Under the pieces are notes generated by a model that saw only the letters and a list, made by a program, of their open reading frames with translations, ran no database searches and was not told where the DNA came from. Positions 25,206-34,960 of a stretch of DNA of 64,000 bases are shown one piece after another. The first letter of the stretch is position 1. Each line of letters opens with the position of its first letter. The DNA comes from Clostridia bacterium. Its GTDB lineage: Bacteria; Bacillota; Clostridia; UMGS1883. A program made the position numbers and the translations under genes. The DNA lies in assembly GCA_045546275.1 (NCBI GenBank), contig JAZQCM010000001.1, positions 55,079 to 119,078 on the forward strand, given 5' to 3'.

Positions 25206-26468
25206 ATGAATAGTATTAACAAAAAGAACAATGTAAAAAGTACTCTTGTTGTAATAGCATGCCTTCTTGCTTTCTGGGGTCTTTTGCTTTTAATTGAAAA
25301 CCTTAATTTAATTTTGCCAAGTGTACCAAAATTGTTTACACCCACATCAAAGCTTTTTATGGTGCTGAGAAAGGTTATCGTTTACTCACTTATTGCAGTT
25401 TCAATGAATCTGCTTAACGGCTTTACAGGGCTTTTTTCGTTAGGTCATGCAGGTTTTATGCTTCTTGGTGCGTACACCTTTGCAATCCTTACAACACCCG
25501 TTTCTTTAAAAGTTCCCGCTGACGGTATTTTCTATAAATACGGTGGAAGTATTGTTCATTTTTCACTCCAGGAGGCTTTTGGGGCAATTTTTGGCAATGA
25601 AGGCTTTGGTGGTGCTGTAAGTCTTGTTTTAGGTGTTCTTGCGGCACTTATTGTTGCAGGGTTGGTGGCGGCTTTGTTTGCCTATTTCATTGGTCTTCCT
25701 GTGCTCAGATTAAAGAGTGACTACCTTGCAATTGCAACTCTTGGCTTTGCTGAAATTATCAGAACAATATTCCAGTGTGAAGTTCTTCAGCTTCCGGGCG
25801 GTGGTGAACTTACACTTGGTAAACTTACAAACGGCGCAAATATGATTAAGGGCTTTCCAACACTTAATTCATTCAATATTTCTGGTGCTGACGGAAAAAC
25901 AGTTTTGTACCTTTCAACTGTTGCTCCTGCAATAATCGTTTCACTTTGTATAATCGTTATCGTTCTTTTGATAAATTCCACTTACGGACGCTCCTTCAAA
26001 GCAATCCGTGACGATGAAATAGCGGCAGAAGCAATGGGAATTAACCTCGCAAAGCATAAAATTCTGTCCTTCTGCATATCGGCATTCTTTGCGGCAGTAG
26101 GCGGAGCGCTTTATGTTATGTTTGCAACAACATACCAGGCAAAACCCTTTACATCAGTTCTTACATATGAAATTCTGCTTATAGTTGTTATCGGTGGCAT
26201 TGGTTCTGTTACAGGCTCATGTATTGGTGCGTTCTTGTACATTGCATGCTCCGAATGGTGGCTAAGATTCCTCGATGAACCCATGGTTGTGGGTGGATTC
26301 CAGGTTCCTCTTCTTAAAGACGGCTTTAGAATGGTTGTTTTCTCAATTGTTATTATGATAGTTGTTCTTTTCTTCCGCCGAGGCATTATGGGCACAAAAG
26401 AGCTGCCGGATTTATTTAAAATCCGAAAAAGCAAATCGAAAGGGAGGTTGAGTAGCAATGCCGAATAA
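25206..26468 (+). CDS. livM: Branched-chain amino acid ABC transporter permease LivM
   Basis: The ATG at 25206 follows GGGGG. LivM-like multi-TM sequence (GHAGFMLLGAYTFAI). Confidence 0.85.
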   Translation: MNSINKKNNVKSTLVVIACLLAFWGLLLLIENLNLILPSVPKLFTPTSKLFMVLRKVIVYSLIAVSMNLLNGFTGLFSLGHAGFMLLGAYTFAILTTPVSLKVPADGIFYKYGGSIVHFSLQEAFGAIFGNEGFGGAVSLVLGVLAALIVAGLVAALFAYFIGLPVLRLKSDYLAIATLGFAEIIRTIFQCEVLQLPGGGELTLGKLTNGANMIKGFPTLNSFNISGADGKTVLYLSTVAPAIIVSLCIIVIVLLINSTYGRSFKAIRDDEIAAEAMGINLAKHKILSFCISAFFAAVGGALYVMFATTYQAKPFTSVLTYEILLIVVIGGIGSVTGSCIGAFLYIACSEWWLRFLDEPMVVGGFQVPLLKDGFRMVVFSIVIMIVVLFFRRGIMGTKELPDLFKIRKSKSKGRLSSNAE

Positions 26469-27306
26469 TGTTCTTCGTATAGAAAATGTTACCATGCAGT
26501 TTGGCGGCGTTGTTGCTGTTAATAACCTTTCCATGGAAATAAATGAAGGCGAGATTGTTGCGCTTATCGGACCTAATGGTGCAGGTAAGACCACGGCCTT
26601 CAATGTTATAACAGGTGTTTATCAGCCCACAAACGGTCGTGTTTGTTTTAATGGTGAAACAATCATTGAAAATTTCCCTAAGGGCAAAATGAAAAAGCTC
26701 TATGCCGGTGAAAATAATGGCTTGTACAAAAATACAATAGTTAAAACACCGGACCAGATTACAAAGCTTGGTATGGCAAGAACTTTCCAGAATATCAGAC
26801 TTTTCAAGAGTATGACAGTGTTTGAAAATGTTCTTGTTGCAAAGCATTTAAGAAAAACAAGCAATGTTTTTTCTGCTATTTTCAGATTGAATGCTGCAGA
26901 AGAGAAAAAGATGCGTGAAGAAACTATGGAATTGTTAAAGCTTCTTGGCCTTGAAGATGTAAAAGATGAGCTTGCAACATCGCTTCCTTACGGTAAACAG
27001 CGTCATCTCGAAATTGCAAGAGCCCTTGCAACAAGTCCCACTCTTTTACTTCTTGACGAGCCTGCGGCAGGCATGAACCCTCAGGAAACAGAAGAGCTTA
27101 CAGCATTTATCCGCCGCATAAGAAAAGATTTCAATCTTACCATTCTTCTTATTGAGCATCACATGAATCTTGTTATGGATATATCTGATCGTATATATGT
27201 AATTGACTTCGGCAAGCATATCGCCGATGGTACACCTGAATCGGTCAGCAACAATCCTCGTGTAATCGAGGCTTATTTGGGGGTGTCGGACGATGCTGAA
27301 AATTAA
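26458..27306 (+). CDS. livG: Branched-chain amino acid ABC transporter ATP-binding protein LivG
   Basis: Walker A GPNGAGKTT, signature LPYGKQRHLEIARAL, Walker B LLLDEPAAG. It overlaps livM by 11 nt. Confidence 0.9.
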   Translation: MPNNVLRIENVTMQFGGVVAVNNLSMEINEGEIVALIGPNGAGKTTAFNVITGVYQPTNGRVCFNGETIIENFPKGKMKKLYAGENNGLYKNTIVKTPDQITKLGMARTFQNIRLFKSMTVFENVLVAKHLRKTSNVFSAIFRLNAAEEKKMREETMELLKLLGLEDVKDELATSLPYGKQRHLEIARALATSPTLLLLDEPAAGMNPQETEELTAFIRRIRKDFNLTILLIEHHMNLVMDISDRIYVIDFGKHIADGTPESVSNNPRVIEAYLGVSDDAEN

Positions 27307-27991
27307 AGATCTTAACATAACATATGGCGGTATCAATGCAGTACGTGATGTTTCCTTCCAGGTTGAAAAAGGCTCAATTATAACTCTTGTTGGTGCAAAT
27401 GGTGCGGGTAAAAGCTCAATCCTACGTTCCATAGCAGGCGTTGTAACGCCTAAAAGTGGTACTATTGAGTTTGATGGAGAGGATATAACAGGACGCCCTG
27501 CAGAACAGGTTGTTAAAAAAGGAATCACCCTGGTTCCCGAAGGCAGACGAGTTTTCCCCGACCTTACAGTACTTGAAAATATCCGTATAGGTGCATACCT
27601 TAGAAAAGATTCTCTTGAAGAAGACATTAAATGGGTATACGATTTGTTCCCACGCCTTAAAGAACGTTCCTGGCAGATGGCAGGTACACTTTCAGGTGGT
27701 GAACAGCAGATGCTTGCTGTTGCAAGAGCATTGATGAGCAGACCCAAGCTTATGATGATGGACGAACCGTCACTTGGTCTTGCACCCCTTATTGTAAGAG
27801 ATATTTTTTCAATTATTAAAGAAATTAATAATAACGGTGTAACCATTCTTCTTATTGAACAGAATGCCAACATGGCACTTAAAACAGCAGACCGTGGATA
27901 TGTTCTGGAAACCGGTAGGATTAAAATGGAAGGCACAGGTGTTGAGCTTCTTGCAAACGAAGAGGTTAAAAAAGCATATTTAGGTAAATAA
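27293..27991 (+). CDS. livF: Branched-chain amino acid ABC transporter ATP-binding protein LivF
   Basis: Walker A GANGAGKSS, signature LSGGEQQMLAVARAL, Walker B MMMDEPSLGLAP. Confidence 0.9.
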   Translation: MLKIKDLNITYGGINAVRDVSFQVEKGSIITLVGANGAGKSSILRSIAGVVTPKSGTIEFDGEDITGRPAEQVVKKGITLVPEGRRVFPDLTVLENIRIGAYLRKDSLEEDIKWVYDLFPRLKERSWQMAGTLSGGEQQMLAVARALMSRPKLMMMDEPSLGLAPLIVRDIFSIIKEINNNGVTILLIEQNANMALKTADRGYVLETGRIKMEGTGVELLANEEVKKAYLGK

Positions 27992-27994
27992 TTA

Positions 27995-28036
27995 CAAAGA
28001 GACAATTTTCTTAGAGAATTGTCTCTTTGTTATTCT
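27995..28036 (+). terminator. Rho-independent terminator (13-bp stem caaagagacaatt / aattgtctctttg)
   Basis: A perfect 13-bp inverted repeat at 27995-28007 / 28017-28029 is followed by ttattctt. Confidence 0.8.
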
Positions 28037-28056
28037 TAAATAATAATGAAAAAGGT

Positions 28057-28086
28057 ATAGAACTAACGAAATTAATATGGTATAAT
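28057..28086 (+). promoter_or_regulatory. Extended -10 promoter (TGgTATAAT) upstream of the serine dehydratase gene
   Basis: tggtataat at 28078-28086. The -35 is weak. Confidence 0.4.
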
Positions 28087-28115
28087 TATAATAACTGTTA
28101 AAAGGAGTGCTTGTT

Positions 28116-29318
28116 ATGAAATCTTTACGCGAATTGTATAAAGTTGGCAGAGGACCCTCCAGTAGCCACACCATGGGTCCTGAAAGAGCATGTAATTACT
28201 GTAAGGACAAGTATAATGACTTTGACTGGGTTAAGGTTATTCTGTATGGCTCTTTGTCCAAAACAGGAAAAGGTCATGGCACTGACAGGGTTATAAAGGA
28301 AACATTTGCACCCTGCGAAGTTAACATTGTTTTTGATTATGAAACAAACGATTTGCCCCATCCAAACACAATGGATATTATTTTGTTCAAAAACGGTGAA
28401 GAAATTGGCAAAGAACGTATTTTAAGCGTTGGTGGCGGCATTATTGAAGTTGATGGTGTTGAAGGCAAGGCAAGCGAAAATGTGTACCGCTTTACAAAGT
28501 TTTCCGAAATTGCAAGCTATTGTAAAGACAAAGATATAAGACTTTGGGAATATGTTCTTGAAGAAGAGGGCGAAGAAATATTTGATTACCTTGGAGAAAT
28601 CTGGGAGAAAATGAAAAGAAGCGTTCGTTACGGCATAAAGGCGGAAGGCGTACTTCCCGGAGGACTTGAAGTTCAGCGTAAAGCAAAAAAACTTTACAAC
28701 ACACGTCATATTGACGAAAGTGCCCAGACAAAGGAAAACAGACTTGTTTGTGCTTATGCTTTTGCGGTAAGCGAGCAGAATGCTGCGGCACATACTATTG
28801 TTACCGCGCCCACCTGTGGCAGTGCAGGGGTTCTGCCTGCGGTTTTATATTATGAGCAGGAATTAAGAGGCTTTAAGGATGAAGAAATTGTGAAAGCTCT
28901 GGCAACAGCAGGAGTTATTGGCAATGTTATAAAAACAAATGCCTCAATTTCAGGTGCGGAATGTGGCTGTCAGGCGGAAATCGGCTCAGCCTGTTCAATG
29001 GCAGCTGCTGCATTGGGTGAGCTTTTTGGCCTTGGTATAGATGAAATTGAATATGCAACCGAAATTGCCATGGAGCATCACTTAGGCTTAACCTGTGACC
29101 CTGTGGGCGGACTCGTTCAAATTCCCTGTATTGAACGAAATGCCGTGGCGGCAATGAGAGCAATAAATGCTGTAAGCTTAGGTAGCTTTTTGGGCGAAAC
29201 AAGAAAAATTTCTTTTGACCTTGTTGTTGAGGTTATGTTTGAAACAGGTAAGGACTTAAAGCGACGATACCGTGAAACAAGCGAGGGAGGACTTGCTAAG
29301 CTGTATGGAAAAGGCTGA
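28116..29318 (+). CDS. sdaA: L-serine dehydratase (iron-sulfur dependent), fused beta-alpha single chain
   Basis: Beta-subunit motifs are GRGPSSSHTMGP, GHGTD, HPNT and GGGIIEV. The alpha-subunit motif is TAPTCGSAGVLPAVLYY. The ATG at 28116 has an AGGAG RBS at 8 nt. Confidence 0.85.
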   Translation: MKSLRELYKVGRGPSSSHTMGPERACNYCKDKYNDFDWVKVILYGSLSKTGKGHGTDRVIKETFAPCEVNIVFDYETNDLPHPNTMDIILFKNGEEIGKERILSVGGGIIEVDGVEGKASENVYRFTKFSEIASYCKDKDIRLWEYVLEEEGEEIFDYLGEIWEKMKRSVRYGIKAEGVLPGGLEVQRKAKKLYNTRHIDESAQTKENRLVCAYAFAVSEQNAAAHTIVTAPTCGSAGVLPAVLYYEQELRGFKDEEIVKALATAGVIGNVIKTNASISGAECGCQAEIGSACSMAAAALGELFGLGIDEIEYATEIAMEHHLGLTCDPVGGLVQIPCIERNAVAAMRAINAVSLGSFLGETRKISFDLVVEVMFETGKDLKRRYRETSEGGLAKLYGKG

Positions 29319-29994
29319 TATAACTAAAAAACTATTTGAACTGCAGGATGCTAAATATCGTGAATTTCATTCAAAGCTGATGCCCGACTACAACAAAGAA
29401 AAAATTATAGGTATAAGAATACCTGTTTTAAAACGCTTTTTAAAAGAGCTGAATGATGAGGCAAAAGCGGATTTTATAAAAGAATTACCCCATAATTATT
29501 ATGAAGAAAACAATCTTCATGGGTTTATCATTGGAAACCTATCAGATTTTGATGAATGTGTTAGGGAACTAAACAGGTTTTTGCCTTATGTTGACAACTG
29601 GGCAACCTGTGACAGTTTAAGACCAAAGTGTTTTAAAAAGCATAAGGACAGTCTGAAAGAGCAAATTGAAATCTGGATGAAATCAAATGAAGAATATACT
29701 GTAAGATTTGCAATTGAAATGCTTATGGTGCATTTTCTCGATGAAGATTTTTCGGAGGTTTATCCACAAATGATTTCGGAGATTAAAAGCGATAAGTACT
29801 ATATCAACATGATGATAGCTTGGTATTTTGCAACAGCTCTTTCAAAAAAGTGGGATACTGTTATTCCTTATATAATAGAGAACAAGCTTTCTTTTTGGGT
29901 GCATAACAAAGCAATTCAAAAATCTTGTGAAAGCTACAGGTTTACTGATGAACAAAAAAATTTTTTAAAAAAGTTCAAGCGAAAGGCAGAATAA
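29305..29994 (+). CDS. DNA alkylation repair enzyme (AlkD-like HEAT-repeat glycosylase family)
   Basis: LQDAKYREFHSKLMPDYNKEKIIGIRIPVLKRFLKEL matches the AlkD family N-terminus. It overlaps the sdaA end by 14 nt. Confidence 0.65.
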   Translation: MEKADITKKLFELQDAKYREFHSKLMPDYNKEKIIGIRIPVLKRFLKELNDEAKADFIKELPHNYYEENNLHGFIIGNLSDFDECVRELNRFLPYVDNWATCDSLRPKCFKKHKDSLKEQIEIWMKSNEEYTVRFAIEMLMVHFLDEDFSEVYPQMISEIKSDKYYINMMIAWYFATALSKKWDTVIPYIIENKLSFWVHNKAIQKSCESYRFTDEQKNFLKKFKRKAE

Positions 29995-30010
29995 TCTGCC
30001 TTTTTGTTTT
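29982..30010 (+). terminator. Rho-independent terminator (aaggcaga / tctgcctt) with the stop codon in its loop
   Basis: An 8-bp stem at 29983-29990 / 29995-30002 is followed by ttttgtttt. Confidence 0.65.
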
Positions 30011-30094
30011 ATCTAAAAATGTGACGTGTTGTGAAAAAAGCACAAAATTTAAAAAGAAAAATATGAAATATTAATAAATTTGCACAAAAAGTTG

Positions 30095-30123
30095 TTGACA
30101 ATAATTAAAAAGAGTGCTTTAAT
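30095..30123 (+). promoter_or_regulatory. Candidate promoter TTGACA-17-TTTAAT (TGn extended) for the sugar ABC operon
   Basis: ttgaca at 30095-30100, a 17-nt spacer, then gtgctttaat. Confidence 0.45.
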
Positions 30124-30184
30124 AGAGGTAAAGGAAAGGAAGAAATACTTTCCAAAATCAAAACAAGAAAGAAGAGGATGTAAG

Positions 30185-31180
30185 ATGAAAAAGTTACTCA
30201 GTATTATGATGGTTGTTGCAATGCTTTTTGCATTGGCAGCATGCGGTCCCAAGGAAGAAGTTGTTGCTGACCCCACAGAAGGCGTAGTTGAAGAAGCTGG
30301 TTTAATTAAGGTTGGTATTATCAACAACGATCCTAACGAATCCGGTTACCGTACAGCTAACGATGCTGACATGAAGAGAGTTTTCACAGAAGAAAACGGC
30401 TACGAAGCTTCCTTCGCATATTCCCTTAAGAATGATGAACAGATTGCATACGCTCAGAAGTTCATCCAGGACGAAGTTGACTATCTCTTAATCTCCGCTG
30501 CAGGTACAGCAGGTTGGGATACAGTATTGCAGGACGCTCAGGCAGCAGGTATCCAGGTTATTCTTTTTGACCGTACTATCGATGCAGACGAAAGCTTATA
30601 TGTAGCTTCCATCGTATCCGACATGGCTCTTGAAGGTAAGACAGCAGTTGATTGGCTTACAGCTCAGAACCTTGAAGCTTACAACGTTATCCATATCCAG
30701 GGTGTAATGGGTAGTGCAGCTCAGATTGGCCGTACAGGTGCTCTTGATGAAATGGTAGCAGCTAACGACAACTGGAACCTTGTTACACAGCAGACAGCTG
30801 AATGGAATGCTGAAACAGCTCAGCAGATCGTACAGTCTGTTATCGACTCCGGTAAGGAATTTAACGTAGTATATGCTGAAAACGACGACATGGCTAAGGG
30901 TGCAGTTGCAGCTTTAGACGCAGCAGGTATCACTCACGGTGTTGACGGCGATGTTATCATCATGGGCTTTGACTGCAATAAGTGGGCTCTTGAAGAACTC
31001 CTTAACGGCAACTGGAACTATGATGGTCAGTGCAATCCCTTCCAGGCTGATTACATAGACGAAATCATCGCAGGTCTTGAAGCTGGTACAGCTCCCGCTG
31101 AAAAGGTTGTAATCATGGAAGAAAAGGGCTTTGATGCTACAACAATTACACAGGAAGATGTAGATAACTACGGTATCTGA
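30185..31180 (+). CDS. Monosaccharide ABC transporter substrate-binding lipoprotein (Peripla_BP_4, CUT2 family)
   Basis: The lipoprotein signal is MKKLLSIMMVVAMLFALAACG. The sequence resembles a ribose/galactose-type PBP. A GAAGAGGA RBS is present. Confidence 0.8.
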   Translation: MKKLLSIMMVVAMLFALAACGPKEEVVADPTEGVVEEAGLIKVGIINNDPNESGYRTANDADMKRVFTEENGYEASFAYSLKNDEQIAYAQKFIQDEVDYLLISAAGTAGWDTVLQDAQAAGIQVILFDRTIDADESLYVASIVSDMALEGKTAVDWLTAQNLEAYNVIHIQGVMGSAAQIGRTGALDEMVAANDNWNLVTQQTAEWNAETAQQIVQSVIDSGKEFNVVYAENDDMAKGAVAALDAAGITHGVDGDVIIMGFDCNKWALEELLNGNWNYDGQCNPFQADYIDEIIAGLEAGTAPAEKVVIMEEKGFDATTITQEDVDNYGI

Positions 31181-31213
31181 TTTTTCTGATTGATTTGTAA
31201 TAATTAAACTGCG

Positions 31214-31252
31214 CACGCGGTACGGATACAAAGTCCGCACCGCGTGTTTTTA
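31214..31252 (+). terminator. Intercistronic GC-rich hairpin (partial terminator) between the binding-protein and ATPase genes
   Basis: cacgcggtacgga / tccgcaccgcgtg is a 13-bp stem with one mismatch, followed by ttttta. Confidence 0.55.
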
Positions 31253-31276
31253 AATAGACAAAATGGAGGGTTGAAA

Positions 31277-32788
31277 ATGAATGAAAAAAGTGCCATTTTG
31301 AAAATGCGTGGAATTTGTAAGTATTTCCCCGGTGTCAAAGCTTTACAAAATGTAGACTTTACCCTTAGGAAAGGGGAAATTCATGCGCTTATGGGAGAGA
31401 ACGGTGCAGGTAAATCCACTCTCATAAAGGTGTTGACAGGTGTTTACGAAAAAGACGAAGGCGAAATCTACATAAATGACAAAATTGTTTCCATACGTTC
31501 GCCTCAGAGTGCACAAAATGTTGGTATCAGTACTGTTTACCAGGAAATAACTCTTTGCCCGAATCTCACTGTTGCTGAAAATATGTATATCGGCAGAGGC
31601 AAAGGCGTTGGCGTAAATTGGGGCAGTATGAATAATAGCGCGCAAAAAATTCTTGAAAGCCTTGGCATTCCCGCACAGGCAACTCAGCAGCTTGGTTCTT
31701 GTTCAATTGCAGTACAACAGATGGTTGCAATCGCACGTGCTGTTGATATGGAATGTAAAATTCTTATACTTGATGAACCTACGTCCTCTCTTGACGAGCA
31801 GGAGGTTCAAAAGCTTTTCAAATTAATGCGAGACCTTAAAGAGAAGGGTGTAGGCATAATATTTGTTACGCACTTTCTTGAACAGGTTTATGAGGTTTGC
31901 GACCGTATTACGGTGCTTCGTGACGGTCAGCTTGTGGGCGAATATCCAATAGCGGATTTGCCTCGTGTTCAGCTGGTTGCAAAAATGCTGGGTAAAGAGC
32001 TTGACGACCTTTCTTATATCAAGAAGCATAATGATGATGAAATTTCTTTCGAGGAGGCTGTTCCTGTGTTGGAGGCAGTACACCTTTCCTCCACTGAGGG
32101 AATACAGCCCTTTGATTTCTTAATACATCAAGGTGAAGTAAACGGTTTCACCGGACTTTTAGGCTCAGGCAGAAGTGAATGCGTACGTGCCATCTTCGGT
32201 GCCGACCATAAAACAAGCGGTGAAATATTGATTGAAGGTGCAAAGGTAAAGGTTAATAAACCTCTTGACGCAATGAAGCATGGTATTGGTTATCTTGCAG
32301 AAGACAGAAAACGTGATGGTATCATAGGCGATTTGTCCGTTAAAGACAATATTATCCTTGCACTTCAGGTTATGAAGGGCTTCTTCAAGCCTTTTACAAA
32401 GGCTCAGGCAGAAGAATTTGCCGAAAAGTATATTAAGCTCCTTGACATTAAAACTGCATCAATGAATACCCCCATTAAATCTCTTTCGGGTGGTAATCAA
32501 CAAAAGGTTATATTGGCAAGGTGGCTTCTTACAAATCCGGCATATCTTATTTTGGACGAACCAACAAGAGGTATTGACGTTGGCACAAAGGTAGAAATTC
32601 AAAAGCTTGTTTTAGAGCTTGCTGACGAAGGTAAGGCAGTAACCTTTATTTCCTCGGAAATAGACGAAATGCTCCGCACCTGTTCGCGTCTTGTTGTTAT
32701 GCGTGACAGAAAAGTGGTAGGCGAACTGTCAGGTGATGAGCTTACCCAGAACAATATAATGGCAACAATTGCAGGAGGTGACAAGTAA
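31277..32788 (+). CDS. Sugar ABC transporter ATP-binding protein with duplicated ABC domains (RbsA/MglA/YtfR type)
   Basis: There are two nucleotide-binding domains: GENGAGKST...ILILDEPTSSLD and LSGGNQQKVILARWL..LILDEPTRGIDVG. A GGAGGG RBS is present. Confidence 0.9.
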   Translation: MNEKSAILKMRGICKYFPGVKALQNVDFTLRKGEIHALMGENGAGKSTLIKVLTGVYEKDEGEIYINDKIVSIRSPQSAQNVGISTVYQEITLCPNLTVAENMYIGRGKGVGVNWGSMNNSAQKILESLGIPAQATQQLGSCSIAVQQMVAIARAVDMECKILILDEPTSSLDEQEVQKLFKLMRDLKEKGVGIIFVTHFLEQVYEVCDRITVLRDGQLVGEYPIADLPRVQLVAKMLGKELDDLSYIKKHNDDEISFEEAVPVLEAVHLSSTEGIQPFDFLIHQGEVNGFTGLLGSGRSECVRAIFGADHKTSGEILIEGAKVKVNKPLDAMKHGIGYLAEDRKRDGIIGDLSVKDNIILALQVMKGFFKPFTKAQAEEFAEKYIKLLDIKTASMNTPIKSLSGGNQQKVILARWLLTNPAYLILDEPTRGIDVGTKVEIQKLVLELADEGKAVTFISSEIDEMLRTCSRLVVMRDRKVVGELSGDELTQNNIMATIAGGDK

Positions 32789-32789
32789 T

Positions 32790-33881
32790 ATGGCAAAGAA
32801 AAATGGTTCTGTAAAGAATTTTCTTTTGGGATTAGTGCGTCAACAGCTCTTTATTCCCATTGCTGCACTTTTAATACTTGTTGTTTTTAATTTTGTTGCG
32901 GATCCATCCTTTTTCAAGGTTACATTAGGTCAGAACAATGCGGGTGACCCAATTCTTTCGGGCTATCTTATTACAATTTTAAATAATGGCTCCGAGCTTG
33001 CTATTTTAGCAATTGGTATGACCCTTGTAACAGCAGCATCAGGTGGTCAGGATATTTCAGTTGGTGCAACAATCGCAATTGCAGGTAGTGTTATTCTCCG
33101 TGTGCTTTGCGGTAATTTAGGTCCCAGACCCGAAACAATGCAGGCTCCTATCATTGTTGCATTTTTAATTGCTTGTGTAGTTGCAATGCTTTTTGGTGCC
33201 TTTAATGGTATACTGGTTGCATATTTTAAAATACAGCCCATGGTTGCAACACTTATTATGTTTACAGCAGGCAGAAGTATTGCCGCATGGATAAACTTAA
33301 ATCAGCTTCCGGTTATCAGTGAGCCTTCTTTTGGCTATTTTGGTAACTATATACCCGGTATTCCAATACCAACACCTGTGTTTATAGCAGTTCTTTGTAT
33401 GATTATAATTGCATTGGTATTAAAGTTTACAAATTTAGGCTTATATGTTCAGGCTGTGGGTATTAATTCTCATTCATCTCGTCTTAACGGTCTTAACCCT
33501 GAATTTATCAAGTTTATAACCTATGTAATCATGGGTATTTGTGTTGCAGTTGCGGCACTTATTAAGGTCAGCCGAATTTCAACTATTAACTATTCTGTAA
33601 TAGCAAAGGATATTGAAATGGATGCAATTTTGGCGGTTGCTTTAGGCGGCAATGCCTTAGGTGGCGGTAAATTCAGCATGACAGCATCAATAATCGGTGC
33701 CTATGTTATTCAGTTCTTAACAACCACTCTTTTCAAGTTCCAGGTTGCATCTGATGCGCTTCCGGCGTATAAAGCAGTTGTTGTTATAATCTTAGTTGTT
33801 ATGAGTGCACCTGTTGTGCGTGATTATTTTTCCCGTTTGTGGAAAAAGATTTCACCCAAAAAAGTAAAGGGGGTAGGCTGA
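32790..33881 (+). CDS. Sugar ABC transporter permease (CUT2 family, first of two)
   Basis: BPD_transp_2-type multi-TM protein. An AGGAGG RBS is present. The start sits 2 nt after the ATPase stop. Confidence 0.85.
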   Translation: MAKKNGSVKNFLLGLVRQQLFIPIAALLILVVFNFVADPSFFKVTLGQNNAGDPILSGYLITILNNGSELAILAIGMTLVTAASGGQDISVGATIAIAGSVILRVLCGNLGPRPETMQAPIIVAFLIACVVAMLFGAFNGILVAYFKIQPMVATLIMFTAGRSIAAWINLNQLPVISEPSFGYFGNYIPGIPIPTPVFIAVLCMIIIALVLKFTNLGLYVQAVGINSHSSRLNGLNPEFIKFITYVIMGICVAVAALIKVSRISTINYSVIAKDIEMDAILAVALGGNALGGGKFSMTASIIGAYVIQFLTTTLFKFQVASDALPAYKAVVVIILVVMSAPVVRDYFSRLWKKISPKKVKGVG

Positions 33882-33882
33882 T

Positions 33883-34920
33883 ATGACAAAACCTAAATTG
33901 AACAGGTCTTTGAAAAAGGGCAGTATGTCCGACACAAACCTCCTTCTTACAATTACAATTATTGTGTTTTTTGTTATGTACATAGGTGCTGTGTTGTTTT
34001 TGGGTTCAGGCTTCACAAAGCCTCAGACATTTTTCAACATACTTAACGAAAATGCCGCTTTAATAATTCTTTCCTGTGGCATGAGCATTGTTATGATAAC
34101 AGGCGGTATTGACATTTCTGTTGGTACTGTTACAGCACTTGTGTGTATGAGCTGTGCAGTGCATCTTGACCATAACGGCGGAAGCGTTTTAACGGCAATG
34201 CTGTTGGCGCTTGCAATCGGTGTTGGATTTGGTGTTGTGCAGGGCTATCTTGTGGCATATCTCGAAATACAACCCTTTATTGTAACCTTAGCAGGTATGT
34301 TCTTTGCAAAGGGTATGACAACCATTGTAAACTCAACTCAGTTTAATGTTCAGCACGAGGCCTTCAAGGCATTAAAGGCAACAAGAATTTACGTCCCGGG
34401 AATGGGGTCAGTAAATAAACTGGGAAAATATGTGCAAGCCTACATTGAGCCCGGTGTTGTTGTTGCACTCGTTGCAGTAGTTTTACTGTTCATACTTCTT
34501 AAATGGAGCAAGACAGGCAGAAACTTCTACGCAGTAGGTGGCAATGCCTACAGTGCAAACATGCTTGGTATCAATGTTAAGAAAACAAAATTTATTGCAC
34601 ATCTTCTTTGCGGTATTTTAGCAGGTATTGGTGGCTTTGTGTACTTTATGCACGTTGGCTCGGGTTCTCCTTCACATGCCAGCGGTGCCGAAATGAATGC
34701 AATTGCATCAAGTATCATTGGTGGCACAATGCTCAGTGGCGGTGTTGGCAACATTTTGGGCACCTTCTTCGGTGTTTTAAGCCTTAGCACAATTAAGAAC
34801 ATAGTTTCTTCCTTAGGTCTGGACGATGCGTGGTGGACAAATATTACCGTTGCTCTTATGATATGCCTGTTTTTGGTTATCCAGAGCGTGGTGCTTTTAA
34901 GAAAAAACAAAAAGAAGTAA
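33883..34920 (+). CDS. Sugar ABC transporter permease (CUT2 family, second of two)
   Basis: Multi-TM paralogue of the upstream permease. The start sits 2 nt after the previous stop. Confidence 0.85.
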   Translation: MTKPKLNRSLKKGSMSDTNLLLTITIIVFFVMYIGAVLFLGSGFTKPQTFFNILNENAALIILSCGMSIVMITGGIDISVGTVTALVCMSCAVHLDHNGGSVLTAMLLALAIGVGFGVVQGYLVAYLEIQPFIVTLAGMFFAKGMTTIVNSTQFNVQHEAFKALKATRIYVPGMGSVNKLGKYVQAYIEPGVVVALVAVVLLFILLKWSKTGRNFYAVGGNAYSANMLGINVKKTKFIAHLLCGILAGIGGFVYFMHVGSGSPSHASGAEMNAIASSIIGGTMLSGGVGNILGTFFGVLSLSTIKNIVSSLGLDDAWWTNITVALMICLFLVIQSVVLLRKNKKK

Positions 34921-34925
34921 AAAAT

Positions 34926-34960
34926 AACTCCCCGAAATTCAATTCGGGGAGTTTACTTTT
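34926..34960. terminator. Bidirectional terminator (11-bp stem aactccccgaa / ttcggggagtt)
   Basis: A perfect inverted repeat at 34926-34936 / 34943-34953 lies between convergent genes. Confidence 0.8.

Noticed and set aside
27046-28005. 319-aa minus-strand ORF overlapping livG/livF
   Set aside because: It is antisense to two well-supported ABC ATPase genes. The Ser/Pro/Arg-rich translation is typical of shadow ORFs. No RBS.
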